A stretch of 64,000 nt of DNA from an uncultured bacterium (lineage in GTDB: Bacteria > Oederibacteriota > Oederibacteriia > Oederibacteriales > Oederibacteriaceae): contig OZ218778.1 in assembly GCA_965112635.1 (NCBI GenBank), positions 864,001 to 928,000 on the forward strand, read 5' to 3'. Each line of letters starts with the position of its first letter. Within the stretch, counting starts at the first letter, position 1. Below are positions 9,727 to 18,850 of the stretch, one piece after another. The notes beneath the pieces were generated by a model, which saw nothing but the letters and a program-made list of their open reading frames with translations, did not search any database and was not told the origin of the DNA. Position numbers and translations under genes: made by a program.

Positions 9727-9753
9727 GTTAGAATTATGTTAGGAGTAGGTTAG
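9727..9753 (-). promoter_or_regulatory. putative Pho-box array upstream of ppx operon
   Basis: GTTAG at 9727, 9738 and 9749: three identical pentamers at exact 11-bp spacing (CTAAC on the coding strand). Confidence 0.65.
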
Positions 9754-9923
9754 TTCCAGAATGGCCGGGGGTTGCGTATGTGTTCGCAGCGGGGACTTGT
9801 TCCCTTACAGGAACCTAGCTTGACAGTCCTGGCGGACCCGGTTAACCTGCATCCATAGTTTCCAAAAGTCTGTTGGATAGGGTGGATCCAACCACCATTC
9901 AACTTTTAACCGGGAAGGTATAT

Positions 9924-10625
9924 ATGAAAAAAACCGCGATACTATTGATGCTTTTTTTACTTTTTCCAGCGTCCTGGGCAAACTCTTTTTCCGCCCTGCC
10001 TTATATAGATCCGGGGGAATTGGAGCTGGCCAAATTTTTGGCACCGCCTCCTGCGCAGGATTCCACTCAGACCAGGAAGGAAATCGAGGAGATCCTGGCG
10101 TTCCAAAGGGCAAGGTCCAGCGAAACCGTGGCGTACGCGGTCGCGGACCAGGACATTTCCGTTTTCAGGTTTGCCGTGGTGCTGGGCACCGCTTTTAAAA
10201 AAGACAAACTTCCCCTGACCGACGCTTTTTTTGACAAGGTCCTCAAAGATATCAGGCCCATTGTCGACCAGGCCAAAGGTCATTGGAACAGGCCCAGGCC
10301 GTATATTTTCGACCACAGGGTCAAACCGTGCGTTAGGAAACCCGGAAACGCCGCTTATCCCAGCGGGCATGCTACCGCGGGAAACCTGATGGCCGTCCTT
10401 TTGGCCAACATGGTTCCGGAAAAAAACGCCCTGATCTTTGCGCGCGGCTGGGAGTTCAGCCTAAATAGGGTCATCGGCGGGGTCCATTACCGCAGCGATA
10501 TCGAAGCCGGGAGAATTGCCGCCAGCCTGATCGCGTATGAGCTGTTTAAAAAAGAGGAGTTCAAGAAAGATTTTGCGGATGCTAAAAAGGAACTGCGCCA
10601 GGTCCTGGGATGCCAAGGCCCATGA
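9924..10625 (+). CDS. secreted class A non-specific acid phosphatase (PAP2 superfamily)
   Basis: signal peptide MKKTAILL...; catalytic motifs KGHWNRPRP, YPSGH, RVIGGVHYRSDI. Confidence 0.9.
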   Translation: MKKTAILLMLFLLFPASWANSFSALPYIDPGELELAKFLAPPPAQDSTQTRKEIEEILAFQRARSSETVAYAVADQDISVFRFAVVLGTAFKKDKLPLTDAFFDKVLKDIRPIVDQAKGHWNRPRPYIFDHRVKPCVRKPGNAAYPSGHATAGNLMAVLLANMVPEKNALIFARGWEFSLNRVIGGVHYRSDIEAGRIAASLIAYELFKKEEFKKDFADAKKELRQVLGCQGP

Positions 10626-10647
10626 AACCAAGGTCTATGAAGAAGAT

Positions 10648-12177
10648 TTAAGCTTTATGCACTTCACCCATGATGTTGTCCAGATGGCGGCGGAGACTAG
10701 GTTCCAGATAATCAAAGTTGATGACCCGGTCGGTCACTTCCCAAAATTCCTGTTCCTGGACCTGCTTGATCTCCTCCACCGAGGTTTGCAGGAGAGCTGA
10801 AGGGACCTTTTTCAAGGTGGCCAAAATGGCAGGATATGAAACAACGATTTTGTTTTCCTTATAGAAGGCCGCAAGGGCGAGATAGTTCTTCACTATCCCC
10901 TTAAGGGAATTTTGATTTTTGGCCAGAGGTATTTCATAAAGAGATAAAAAGACCGACAAAATTTTATCTTGTAACGGAGAGTGCTTGGTGGTCGCCTGCT
11001 CGCACAGATTTTTCAAGTCATGCGCCACGGTATCCTGGATATAAATGATCCCGAGATTTTCGGCGATCTGTCCGTAGTATTTGAAATACGACGCGATGGA
11101 CAAAGCCTTTTCCGGTTCCTGGTCCAAAACGGTTTCGGCGAAAAGGCGGTACTGGTACAACACGTTGTAAAGAGAGGAGTTGTCCCGATGATTGATGGCG
11201 TGACGCAGGTAAGTGTTGAAGAACTTGATGATGACGGTGAGAAGGTCCATGTCTTTTTCAGCAAGGGCTGCCTGGCCCAAAGACCGGGTACTAGCGGCCA
11301 CCGCCGAGGTCACGTCCTTGATGCGGTTGGTCGCGGCGCCGAAAATAAAGGTCATCTGGCGCAGGCCCTTGACCTCCAGCCAGAGGCGTTCCCGGGAAAG
11401 GACCCCTTCGACTTTTCCGCTGACCGGTATTTTCTCCTGGACGGACTCGAACCAGGCAGCAGGCAGGTCTTTCCGTTTTTTTAAATAGGTCAGCAAAACC
11501 TGCTCCAGAGCTTCCACGGCTTGAAGGCTCACCTCAGTGTCCATTTTTTCCGTGGAGGTCATGGCGATGTCTGAGAGCTCTTCCAGTTTTTTTATGGTTT
11601 CTTCCTTGGAATAGTTCAGGTTGTGGCCGGAGGTTTTTTGGCGGTCAAAAAAAGAGATGGCGGTGGTTTTGATGTTCAATATGAGCGAAGAGGGCTTTAA
11701 CAATTCAAAGACATAATAGAAGTAGGGGAGCAGAGCCCCGAAACACATGCTCATGAGGACCAGCGAGAACAGAATCCCTATGGTCGGTATAAAAAAGGTC
11801 TGCAGGCAATGGGTCAGCCATAAGCTATAAACGATAGAGATCACGAACAGGCTCAGAACAGCCCGGGTCAGGCGGTCCTTGACGAACAAGTCTATGACTT
11901 TGGCGCTATACCTGTCGGCGGTCAGTTGGACGATCAAAGCCACGACCATAAAAGAAATCCCCAAGGTCGAGGCCAAACATTGAGCCACAGAGGTCACCAG
12001 GTAGCGGGCGGTTTCCAGGTTGGCGGAAAATATCACCTCAAAAAATGACCTGCCCGGAGAGGATAAAACCAGGTCCCACAAGGTCGATATAAAGAGTAGT
12101 AAGGCGGTGACGCCCAAACTAGTGCCTGCCAAGGAAAGCCAGAAGAACCTGTCGCGAGCTGTAAAAGGTTTTTTCAT
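10648..12177 (-). CDS. membrane protein, DUF2254-like
   Basis: four N-terminal TM helices with VQLTADRYS motif and a long soluble helical C-terminus. Confidence 0.6.
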   Translation of the reverse strand: MKKPFTARDRFFWLSLAGTSLGVTALLLFISTLWDLVLSSPGRSFFEVIFSANLETARYLVTSVAQCLASTLGISFMVVALIVQLTADRYSAKVIDLFVKDRLTRAVLSLFVISIVYSLWLTHCLQTFFIPTIGILFSLVLMSMCFGALLPYFYYVFELLKPSSLILNIKTTAISFFDRQKTSGHNLNYSKEETIKKLEELSDIAMTSTEKMDTEVSLQAVEALEQVLLTYLKKRKDLPAAWFESVQEKIPVSGKVEGVLSRERLWLEVKGLRQMTFIFGAATNRIKDVTSAVAASTRSLGQAALAEKDMDLLTVIIKFFNTYLRHAINHRDNSSLYNVLYQYRLFAETVLDQEPEKALSIASYFKYYGQIAENLGIIYIQDTVAHDLKNLCEQATTKHSPLQDKILSVFLSLYEIPLAKNQNSLKGIVKNYLALAAFYKENKIVVSYPAILATLKKVPSALLQTSVEEIKQVQEQEFWEVTDRVINFDYLEPSLRRHLDNIMGEVHKA

Positions 12178-12370
12178 TTGTTTTTCCTAAAATTCCTTGT
12201 AGAACATGTAGTTAATTTGATGTGTCTCAGATAACTCATTAAATCTCTTAGAAAAAAATGTGGAGCCAGAATACAATTTTTCCGGAGAGGTTTCAAGCAA
12301 AAGCCTCCACCTCAAGATGTTTTGCATGAAAATGATGGATTTTTAATACGAATTTCACGGGTGATTTGCA

Positions 12371-12399
12371 TTGACAGGCCTATCTTCTTTTGGTATAGA
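12371..12399 (+). promoter_or_regulatory. sigma70-type promoter
   Basis: TTGACA-17 bp-TATAGA upstream of small secreted gene. Confidence 0.55.
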
Positions 12400-12436
12400 T
12401 ACACTAATTTTTTAACCGAGGGGAGGTGAATATTAA

Positions 12437-12640
12437 ATGAAGAGGATTTTGGCCGCAATTTTAGGTTTATCCTTGTTTTTAGGCGTTGCAGCCGTTAGCT
12501 CGGCTGATATGCCAGCTGGTGTTACTTCAACTGCAAAAACCATGAAGAAAATGCCGAAAAAGTCTAAACCACATAAAATGCATAAGATGAAAACACCGGT
12601 TGCAGCAGTGACGCCTGCAGCAGCGCCTGCAACTAAGTAA
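12437..12640 (+). CDS. small secreted K/H/M/P/A-rich low-complexity protein
   Basis: GGAGGTG SD, signal peptide ending in VSSA, basic low-complexity mature region. Confidence 0.7.
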   Translation: MKRILAAILGLSLFLGVAAVSSADMPAGVTSTAKTMKKMPKKSKPHKMHKMKTPVAAVTPAAAPATK

Positions 12641-12673
12641 AGGAAGTTGTTTTTACACTGTGTAAAAGACAAA

Positions 12674-12706
12674 GCGGGGGAGATTTATTCTCCCCCGTAT
12701 TGTTTT
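12674..12706 (+). terminator. intrinsic terminator
   Basis: GCGGGGGAGA/TCTCCCCCGT stem followed by T-rich tail. Confidence 0.7.
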
Positions 12707-12727
12707 AGGGCTTAATTTGCAAATATC

Positions 12728-12756
12728 TTGACAAGGCAATTGGTTTTTGCTAGTTT
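12728..12756 (+). promoter_or_regulatory. sigma70-type promoter of tRNA-Thr/tuf operon
   Basis: TTGACA-17 bp-TAGTTT with extended TG. Confidence 0.6.
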
Positions 12757-12795
12757 AAAATCCCTTTAAAAACTATGTTTTTTTAAAGGTTTTTA

Positions 12796-12871
<76 letters not shown>

Positions 12872-12966
12872 GTGGAATATTAATTCCTCGGTCTCATACT
12901 TAATTTCAAAATGTTAGTGAATTAAAAATCCTTATCTTCGACAGAAGAAGGAACGGAGGGAGAAAG

Positions 12967-14166
12967 ATGTCCAAGGCAAAATTTGAGAGGACGAAGCCGC
13001 ATGTAAATATAGGGACGATAGGGCACATCGACCACGGGAAGACGACATTGACGTCAGCGATCACGAAGGTATTGGCGACGGTAGGGAAAGCGACGGCGAA
13101 GAGGTTCGATGAGATAGACAACGCGCCGGAGGAGAAAGAGCGCGGGATCACGATAGCGATAGCGCACGTAGAGTACGAGTCGGACAAGAGGCACTATGCG
13201 CACGTAGACTGTCCCGGGCATGCGGATTACGTGAAGAACATGATCACGGGGGCGGCGCAGATGGACGGAGCGATCCTGGTGGTATCGGCAGCGGACGGAC
13301 CGATGCCGCAGACGCGGGAGCATATCTTGCTGGCGAGGCAGGTTGGGGTTCCGTATATCGTGGTTTATTTGAACAAAGTGGACATGGTGGATGACGCGGA
13401 ACTGATCGACCTGGTAGAGACGGAAGTGCGGGAATTGCTGACGAAATACGGATTTCCTGGGGACAAGACGCCGATCGTGAGAGGGTCGGCTTTGAAAGCG
13501 ATGGAGCACGCGTGCGGGAAAGCGGATTGTCCGCAGTGCGGGTCGATCTTCAAGCTGTTGGAAGCGGTAGACGCGTATATCCCGACGCCCAAGAGAGAGA
13601 TAGACAAGCCGTTCTTGATGTCGATCGAAGACGTATTTTCGATCACGGGTCGAGGGACGGTAGTGACGGGAAGGGTAGAGAAAGGGATCATCAAGATTGG
13701 GGAAGAGGTAGAGATCGTGGGGATCAAGGACACGGTGAAGACGGTGGTGACGGGGCTGGAGATGTTCCGGAAGCTTTTGGATGATGCGCAGGCAGGGGAC
13801 AATGTAGGGGCGTTATTGAGAGGGATAGAGAAGGACGGGGTAGAGAGGGGCCAGGTGTTAGCGAAGCCAGGGACGATCACTCCGCACAAGAAATTCAAAG
13901 GGGAAGTATACGTATTGACGAAAGAGGAAGGCGGAAGGCACACGCCGTTTTTCAATGGATACCGTCCGCAGTTTTATTTTAGGACGACGGACGTGACGGG
14001 AGTGGTGACATTGCCGAAGGGGGTCGAGATGGTGATGCCCGGGGACAATATCACGATGGATATAGAGCTGATCACGCCGATCGCGATGCAGAAGGAGCTA
14101 AGGTTCGCTATCCGAGAGGGTGGCCACACGGTCGGTTCCGGCGTTATCACTGAAGTCGTACAGTAA
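12967..14166 (+). CDS. tuf: elongation factor Tu
   Basis: [44 protein letters not shown]. Confidence 0.99.
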   Translation: MSKAKFERTKPHVNIGTIGHIDHGKTTLTSAITKVLATVGKATAKRFDEIDNAPEEKERGITIAIAHVEYESDKRHYAHVDCPGHADYVKNMITGAAQMDGAILVVSAADGPMPQTREHILLARQVGVPYIVVYLNKVDMVDDAELIDLVETEVRELLTKYGFPGDKTPIVRGSALKAMEHACGKADCPQCGSIFKLLEAVDAYIPTPKREIDKPFLMSIEDVFSITGRGTVVTGRVEKGIIKIGEEVEIVGIKDTVKTVVTGLEMFRKLLDDAQAGDNVGALLRGIEKDGVERGQVLAKPGTITPHKKFKGEVYVLTKEEGGRHTPFFNGYRPQFYFRTTDVTGVVTLPKGVEMVMPGDNITMDIELITPIAMQKELRFAIREGGHTVGSGVITEVVQ

Positions 14167-14205
14167 AAGGCTGCCTGGGCAGTCGATTAGTCAGGGAGGA
14201 AAGGT

Positions 14206-14355
14206 TTGAGAGAGATTATCGCGCTTTCGTGCACGGAATGCAAAAGGCGTAATTACACATGCACCAAAAACAAAAAAAAGCATACCGATCGCTTAGAAGT
14301 TAAAAAATATTGCCGTTTTTGCAAAAAGCACGTTATGCATAGGGAAGTCAAATAG
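14206..14355 (+). CDS. rpmG: 50S ribosomal protein L33 (zinc-binding C+ form); not in ORF track
   Basis: GGAGG SD, TTG start, translates [49 protein letters not shown]. Confidence 0.95.
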   Translation: MREIIALSCTECKRRNYTCTKNKKKHTDRLEVKKYCRFCKKHVMHREVK

Positions 14356-14384
14356 CTGTGTATTTATCCCGCACTAGAAAATAT

Positions 14385-14461
14385 AGGCCAGTAGCTCTAA
14401 CGGCTAGAGCGGCGGACTCCAAATCCGCGGGTTGGGGGTTCAAATCCCTCCTGGCCTGCCA
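14385..14461 (+). tRNA. tRNA-Trp(CCA)
   Basis: AGGCCAG acceptor, anticodon loop CTCCAAA, GGTTCAAATCC T arm, CCA end; canonical position before secE. Confidence 0.97.
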
Positions 14462-14511
14462 GAGACTTTTCCGGGAAAATCTTAAGGCATAAACTGGTTG
14501 GAGAGGGTTTT

Positions 14512-14697
14512 ATGTGGGCAAAGATCACTAATTTCATACAGGAAGTGATCGTAGAATTAAGGAAGGTCTCCTGGCCTGACCGTAAAGAAATGATCGGGTC
14601 CACTTCGGTGGTGATCTTGTCCGTGATTATCTTGACCGTGTTTATCATGGTTTGCGATTATGTTTTAACCAGAGGTTTAGGCTTCTTCATAAGGTAG
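14512..14697 (+). CDS. secE: preprotein translocase subunit SecE
   Basis: ELRKVSWP motif plus single TM helix. Confidence 0.95.
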   Translation: MWAKITNFIQEVIVELRKVSWPDRKEMIGSTSVVILSVIILTVFIMVCDYVLTRGLGFFIR

Positions 14698-14706
14698 GAG
14701 GGAACA

Positions 14707-15237
14707 TTGGGAAGGCAATGGTATGTGGTCAATACTTATTCCGGTTATGAGAACAAGGTCAAAACAAATTTAGAGAACCGGATCAAGTCCATGAAAATGG
14801 AAAACAAGATCTTTAAGGTCATGGTCCCCTCGGAAGAGGTCAGTGAGACGCGGGGCGGCAAAAAGACAGTGAGCAGCAAGAACTACTTTCCCGGTTATAT
14901 CCTGGTGGAAATGGACCTGGACGAAGATTCCTGGTATGTGGTCCGCTACACCCCCAAGGTGACAGGTTTTGTGGGTTCCGGTAAAAAACCAGTTTCCTTG
15001 ACCGAGCAAGAAGTCACCGAGATCCTGGAGCAGGAAAAAGGCGAGAAGCCGCGCTTTAAAGCGAAGAGCCTCTTTGAAAAAGGGGAGCAGGTCAAAATCA
15101 TTGACGGGCCGTTCGCCAGTTTTATCGGCGCGGTGGATGAGGTCAATCCGGAAAAGGGCAAGCTCAAAGCAATGGTCACCATCTTCGGAAGGTCCACTTC
15201 GGTAGAATTGGAATTTACCCAAGTAGAAAAAATGTAG
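14707..15237 (+). CDS. nusG: transcription termination/antitermination factor NusG
   Basis: WYVVNTYSGYENKV, FPGYILV, KOW GPFASF, IFGRST. Confidence 0.97.
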   Translation: MGRQWYVVNTYSGYENKVKTNLENRIKSMKMENKIFKVMVPSEEVSETRGGKKTVSSKNYFPGYILVEMDLDEDSWYVVRYTPKVTGFVGSGKKPVSLTEQEVTEILEQEKGEKPRFKAKSLFEKGEQVKIIDGPFASFIGAVDEVNPEKGKLKAMVTIFGRSTSVELEFTQVEKM

Positions 15238-15253
15238 TTGAGGGAGAACAAAC

Positions 15254-15682
15254 ATGGCACCTAAAAAAGTCGTCGCGCAAGTGAAATTGCAAGTGGCTGC
15301 CGCCAAGGCCAATCCGGCTCCTCCCGTGGGCCCGGCTTTGGGACAGCACGGGATCAACATCATGGAGTTTTGCAAGGCCTTTAACGCCAAGACCCAGAAC
15401 CAGGAAGGCCTGATCATTCCCGTTATCGTCACCATTTACCAGGACCGTTCTTTTACTTTTATTCTTAAAACTCCTCCTGCCTCTGTCCTGCTCAAAAGGG
15501 CGGCCGGGATCGCCAAAGCTTCGGCGGTACCAAACAGGACCAAAATAGGCAAAGTGACCATGGCCCAGGTCAAGGAGATCGCGACCCTCAAGATGCCCGA
15601 TCTGAACGCCAATACCGTAGACAAGGCAATGTCCATGGTTTGCGGTACGGCTCGGAGCATGGGCATCGAAGTGGTCGGTTAA
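15254..15682 (+). CDS. rplK: 50S ribosomal protein L11
   Basis: [22 protein letters not shown]. Confidence 0.98.
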   Translation: MAPKKVVAQVKLQVAAAKANPAPPVGPALGQHGINIMEFCKAFNAKTQNQEGLIIPVIVTIYQDRSFTFILKTPPASVLLKRAAGIAKASAVPNRTKIGKVTMAQVKEIATLKMPDLNANTVDKAMSMVCGTARSMGIEVVG

Positions 15683-15693
15683 GGGAGAATCCG

Positions 15694-16389
15694 ATGAGCA
15701 AACGTTTTGAAGCATTGAAAAAGAACCTGGAAAGCAAAATGTATTCCCTCCAGGAGGCGGTGGCGGTCGTCAAGAAAAACGCCACGGCCAAATTTGACGA
15801 AACCATGGAGGTCGCCATCCGCCTGGGACTTGATTCCAAAAAGAGCGACCAGGGGGTACGGGGCACCGTGGCGCTGCCTGCGGGGACCGGCAGAAAGGTC
15901 CGCGTGATCGTGTTCACCAAAGGCGAGAAAGAAAAAGAGGCCCAAGACGCCGGCGCTGACATGATAGGCTCCACGGACCTGATCGAAAAAATACAAAAAG
16001 GGTGGCTGGACTTCGACGTGGCCATTGCTTCGCCCGACCTGATGAAAGACCTGGGCAAGGTTGCCAAGATCCTGGGCCCGCGGGGGTTGATGCCCAATCC
16101 CAAATCCGGAACCGTGACCTTCGAGATCGCCAAGGCGGTCAAAGAGGTTAAAGCCGGCAAGATAGAGTATAAATCAGACGCTGCGGGGATCGTCCATGCG
16201 GGGATCGGCAAATGTTCTTTTACTGAAAACGCTTTGATGGAGAACGCCAAGACCCTCATCGACAGCGTGGTCAAAGCAAAACCTTCCACCAGCAAAGGTC
16301 AGTACTTGCGCAGTGTGAGCGTTTCTAGTACTATGGGTGGCGGTGTCGGGGTCGACATCAAAGAATTTATTAAGTCAAAAGAAGAATAA
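15694..16389 (+). CDS. rplA: 50S ribosomal protein L1
   Basis: AKFDETME, LGPRGLMPNPKSGTVT, SSTMG; ATG at 15694 after GGGAG. Confidence 0.97.
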   Translation: MSKRFEALKKNLESKMYSLQEAVAVVKKNATAKFDETMEVAIRLGLDSKKSDQGVRGTVALPAGTGRKVRVIVFTKGEKEKEAQDAGADMIGSTDLIEKIQKGWLDFDVAIASPDLMKDLGKVAKILGPRGLMPNPKSGTVTFEIAKAVKEVKAGKIEYKSDAAGIVHAGIGKCSFTENALMENAKTLIDSVVKAKPSTSKGQYLRSVSVSSTMGGGVGVDIKEFIKSKEE

Positions 16390-16427
16390 TCAAACGCGGG
16401 TTAATGCCCGCGGGGATGTTTGTATCA

Positions 16428-16572
16428 AGCTTTACGGTCAAAGACAGCAGGCGGATCCCAGAGGATCCTTAAAACCAAACGGTAAGCCAGACGTGAAAGC
16501 CCGCCGAGATCGGAGTGACTGAACGCAATTTTTAACCTCCGGTTATTTTTGACCGGGGGTTTTTTGTTTTTT
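16428..16572 (+). ncRNA. ribosomal protein L10 leader with attenuator hairpin
   Basis: AAGACAGCAGGCGG...GCCCGCCGAG motif upstream of rplJ, followed by AACCTCCGGTT/GACCGGGGGTT hairpin and T run. Confidence 0.75.
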
Positions 16573-16627
16573 AAGTGATGATGAGGACAAGGGTGTTTTC
16601 CATTATATATATGGAGAAGGAGAGGCA

Positions 16628-17149
16628 ATGAGCAAAAATCTGGAAGAAAAGCAGAAAAAGGTCAAGGAGTTTGCCGAATCCTTGAAAGGAGTGCAGACCC
16701 TGGTCGTGACCGAATACAAAGGCCTTAATGTGGCTGAAGTTACGGAGTTACGCAGGAAATTAAGGCAGAATAAGGTCAATTATTGCGTCGTGAAAAATAC
16801 TTTGGCCAAATTGAGCTTTGACGCCCTTGGCTATAAAGACCTTAATCCGTTCCTCCAAAATCCCGTGGCCTTGGCCTATACTTCGACCGACCCGGTTTCC
16901 TGCGCCAAGGTCCTGGTAGATTTTCGAAAGGAACACGAATCCTTAAAATTAAAAGCCGGCTGGCTGAACCAAAAGATGATGAACCTTAAAGAAATTGAAG
17001 CTTTAGCCAAGCTCCCCAGCCGAGAAGTGCTGTTGGCGAAATTAGCCTGCAGTTTGCAGGGGCCTCTGGCCGGATTAGCTAGGGTGCTCAATGGTCCCCC
17101 GACCAAGCTGGTCCAGGTTTTAGACGCGATCGCAAAGAAAAAAAAGTAA
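16628..17149 (+). CDS. rplJ: 50S ribosomal protein L10
   Basis: YKGLNV, VVKNTLA, LAKLPSREVLLAKL. Confidence 0.97.
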   Translation: MSKNLEEKQKKVKEFAESLKGVQTLVVTEYKGLNVAEVTELRRKLRQNKVNYCVVKNTLAKLSFDALGYKDLNPFLQNPVALAYTSTDPVSCAKVLVDFRKEHESLKLKAGWLNQKMMNLKEIEALAKLPSREVLLAKLACSLQGPLAGLARVLNGPPTKLVQVLDAIAKKKK

Positions 17150-17192
17150 ACGGAATAATTTTTTTAAAAAAAACTAAAGGGAGGTGAACAGA

Positions 17193-17570
17193 ATGGCAAA
17201 TATAGAGGAGTTGCTCCAGACGATAGAGAAAATGAACGTGTTGGAGCTTTCAGAGCTTGTAAAAGCTTTGGAGACAAAATTTGGTGTTTCCGCTGCTCCG
17301 ATGGCTATGGCCATGGCGGGAGGAGCTGCTGCTGGAGACGCTCCCAAAGCCGCTGAGCAGACATCTTTTGGGGTGCATCTCAACGCGGCTGGAGACAAAA
17401 AAATTCAGGTTGTTAAAATCGTCCGTGAAATCACCGGCCTGGGTTTAGCCGAGTCCAAAGCCCTAGTCGATGGAGCGCCTAAAGCTGTCAAGGATGGCGT
17501 TTCCAAAGAGGAAGCAGAAGCTATCAAGGCGAAATTTGACGGTAGTGGTGCTACAATAGAAATCAAGTAA
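17193..17570 (+). CDS. rplL: 50S ribosomal protein L7/L12
   Basis: [35 protein letters not shown]. Confidence 0.98.
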   Translation: MANIEELLQTIEKMNVLELSELVKALETKFGVSAAPMAMAMAGGAAAGDAPKAAEQTSFGVHLNAAGDKKIQVVKIVREITGLGLAESKALVDGAPKAVKDGVSKEEAEAIKAKFDGSGATIEIK

Positions 17571-17632
17571 GCAGAAACTGCCAAGTGTTCCAAAACAATC
17601 GAATATAGCCTGCTGATAAGGGAGATAAGGGT

Positions 17633-17911
17633 ATGACGCCTGTTGAAAGAGTTGCTGATAGCCTGAAAAACGAAGCTAAAAGGCTCTGTCCCACGGCTTT
17701 TGTGAATACGGTTTCTGAGAGCGATAAATTGGCCAATGTCTATATTTATGCGCCACGCAAGTACGCTGATATGCTGCAAGACAGACTGAAGAGTTTAAGA
17801 ACCCAGATTTTTAAAACCACCACGGGTACTATGGACGTAAGGATCCTGATGGATGATCTGGAAAACGTACCTGCTGCATTAAAGGAAAAAATGGCCAAAG
17901 AGCAGAGATAG
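17633..17911 (+). CDS. hypothetical protein (92 aa) at end of rplJL operon
   Basis: ORF with purine-rich SD, lies before the operon terminator. Confidence 0.7.
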   Translation: MTPVERVADSLKNEAKRLCPTAFVNTVSESDKLANVYIYAPRKYADMLQDRLKSLRTQIFKTTTGTMDVRILMDDLENVPAALKEKMAKEQR

Positions 17912-17943
17912 ATAACGAAGTTTGCTTTTAAAACTTAACAAGT

Positions 17944-17979
17944 AAAAAAATCCCAATCAGATGATTGGGATTTTTTTTT
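17944..17979 (+). terminator. intrinsic (bidirectional-type) terminator
   Basis: A7-TCCCAATC/GATTGGGA stem-T9. Confidence 0.85.
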
Positions 17980-18114
17980 GGACTAGGACCAAGGAAATGG
18001 AGCCGGCCAGCCTTTCCTGCCAGACGGATCCTGATCCTAGGACGCGAGGCCCCTCATTGCATTCTGGAGTGGTCAAGGTAAAATTAAAACATTCTTCGGA
18101 TAGCAGGAGAGACA

Positions 18115-18849
18115 TTGTTTCAAAAAGCCCTTAAAATTTGGTTTTGGAGATGTTTTGATCCCTTAGGGCGGCTGATAATCCTCAATTCTTGCTGGGTTTT
18201 AGCGGTTATCGGTTTGATCTTGGTCTTAAGAATTGTAATGGCCTATTCCCGGACAATTTTTGTTCTTTCTTGTATAACATTCGTGGCTTTTTTATTACCT
18301 TTACTGCTCATAGTTCTGTTCAAGCTCGTGCAGATCATTAATGAAGAAGGGGTCCAGAGCAACCAACCTTTTAAGCCGTTCCTCCAGAGCAGGGTGTGGG
18401 GGTGTTTGCCCCTATACTGGCTTGATCTTGGGGCATTTTTGCTTTTGGCCAGTAATATTTATTTTTATGCCGGGATCTATACCAAGCACCCTTGGGCAGG
18501 AGGCATCTTGGTGGGCTTATTTTTTTGGCTGACCATGATGTGGATGGTTTTGCAGGCTTATATCATTCCGCTCTTTTTAGAAGGGAAAAGAAATTTGCCT
18601 ACCATCTTGAAGCACGCGGCCATACTAACTTTGGATAATCCAACCTATACCTTATTGAATATGTTTATGTCCCTTTTCATTATCGTTGTTTCTGTCTGTA
18701 CCGTGCTGGGTTTATTCCTCCTGATGATGAGTGTTTTGGCGGTTTGGCAAAACACAGCTTGTCTGGTTTTATTAGAAAAATACAGGCAACAAGCACCCTT
18801 AACTGAGCAAAGGGGCTGGCGCCAGCTGTTCAAACCATGGGAGATCTGA
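18115..18849 (+). CDS. multi-pass membrane protein (DUF624/YesL-like)
   Basis: about six hydrophobic segments; AGGAG SD with TTG start. Confidence 0.6.
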   Translation: MFQKALKIWFWRCFDPLGRLIILNSCWVLAVIGLILVLRIVMAYSRTIFVLSCITFVAFLLPLLLIVLFKLVQIINEEGVQSNQPFKPFLQSRVWGCLPLYWLDLGAFLLLASNIYFYAGIYTKHPWAGGILVGLFFWLTMMWMVLQAYIIPLFLEGKRNLPTILKHAAILTLDNPTYTLLNMFMSLFIIVVSVCTVLGLFLLMMSVLAVWQNTACLVLLEKYRQQAPLTEQRGWRQLFKPWEI

Positions 18850-18850
18850 C

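Noticed and set aside
17983-18040. possible small RNA (CTAGGA/TCCTAG and AGGAAA/TTTCCT stems)
   Set aside because: Short stems could arise by chance; no promoter or family motif support
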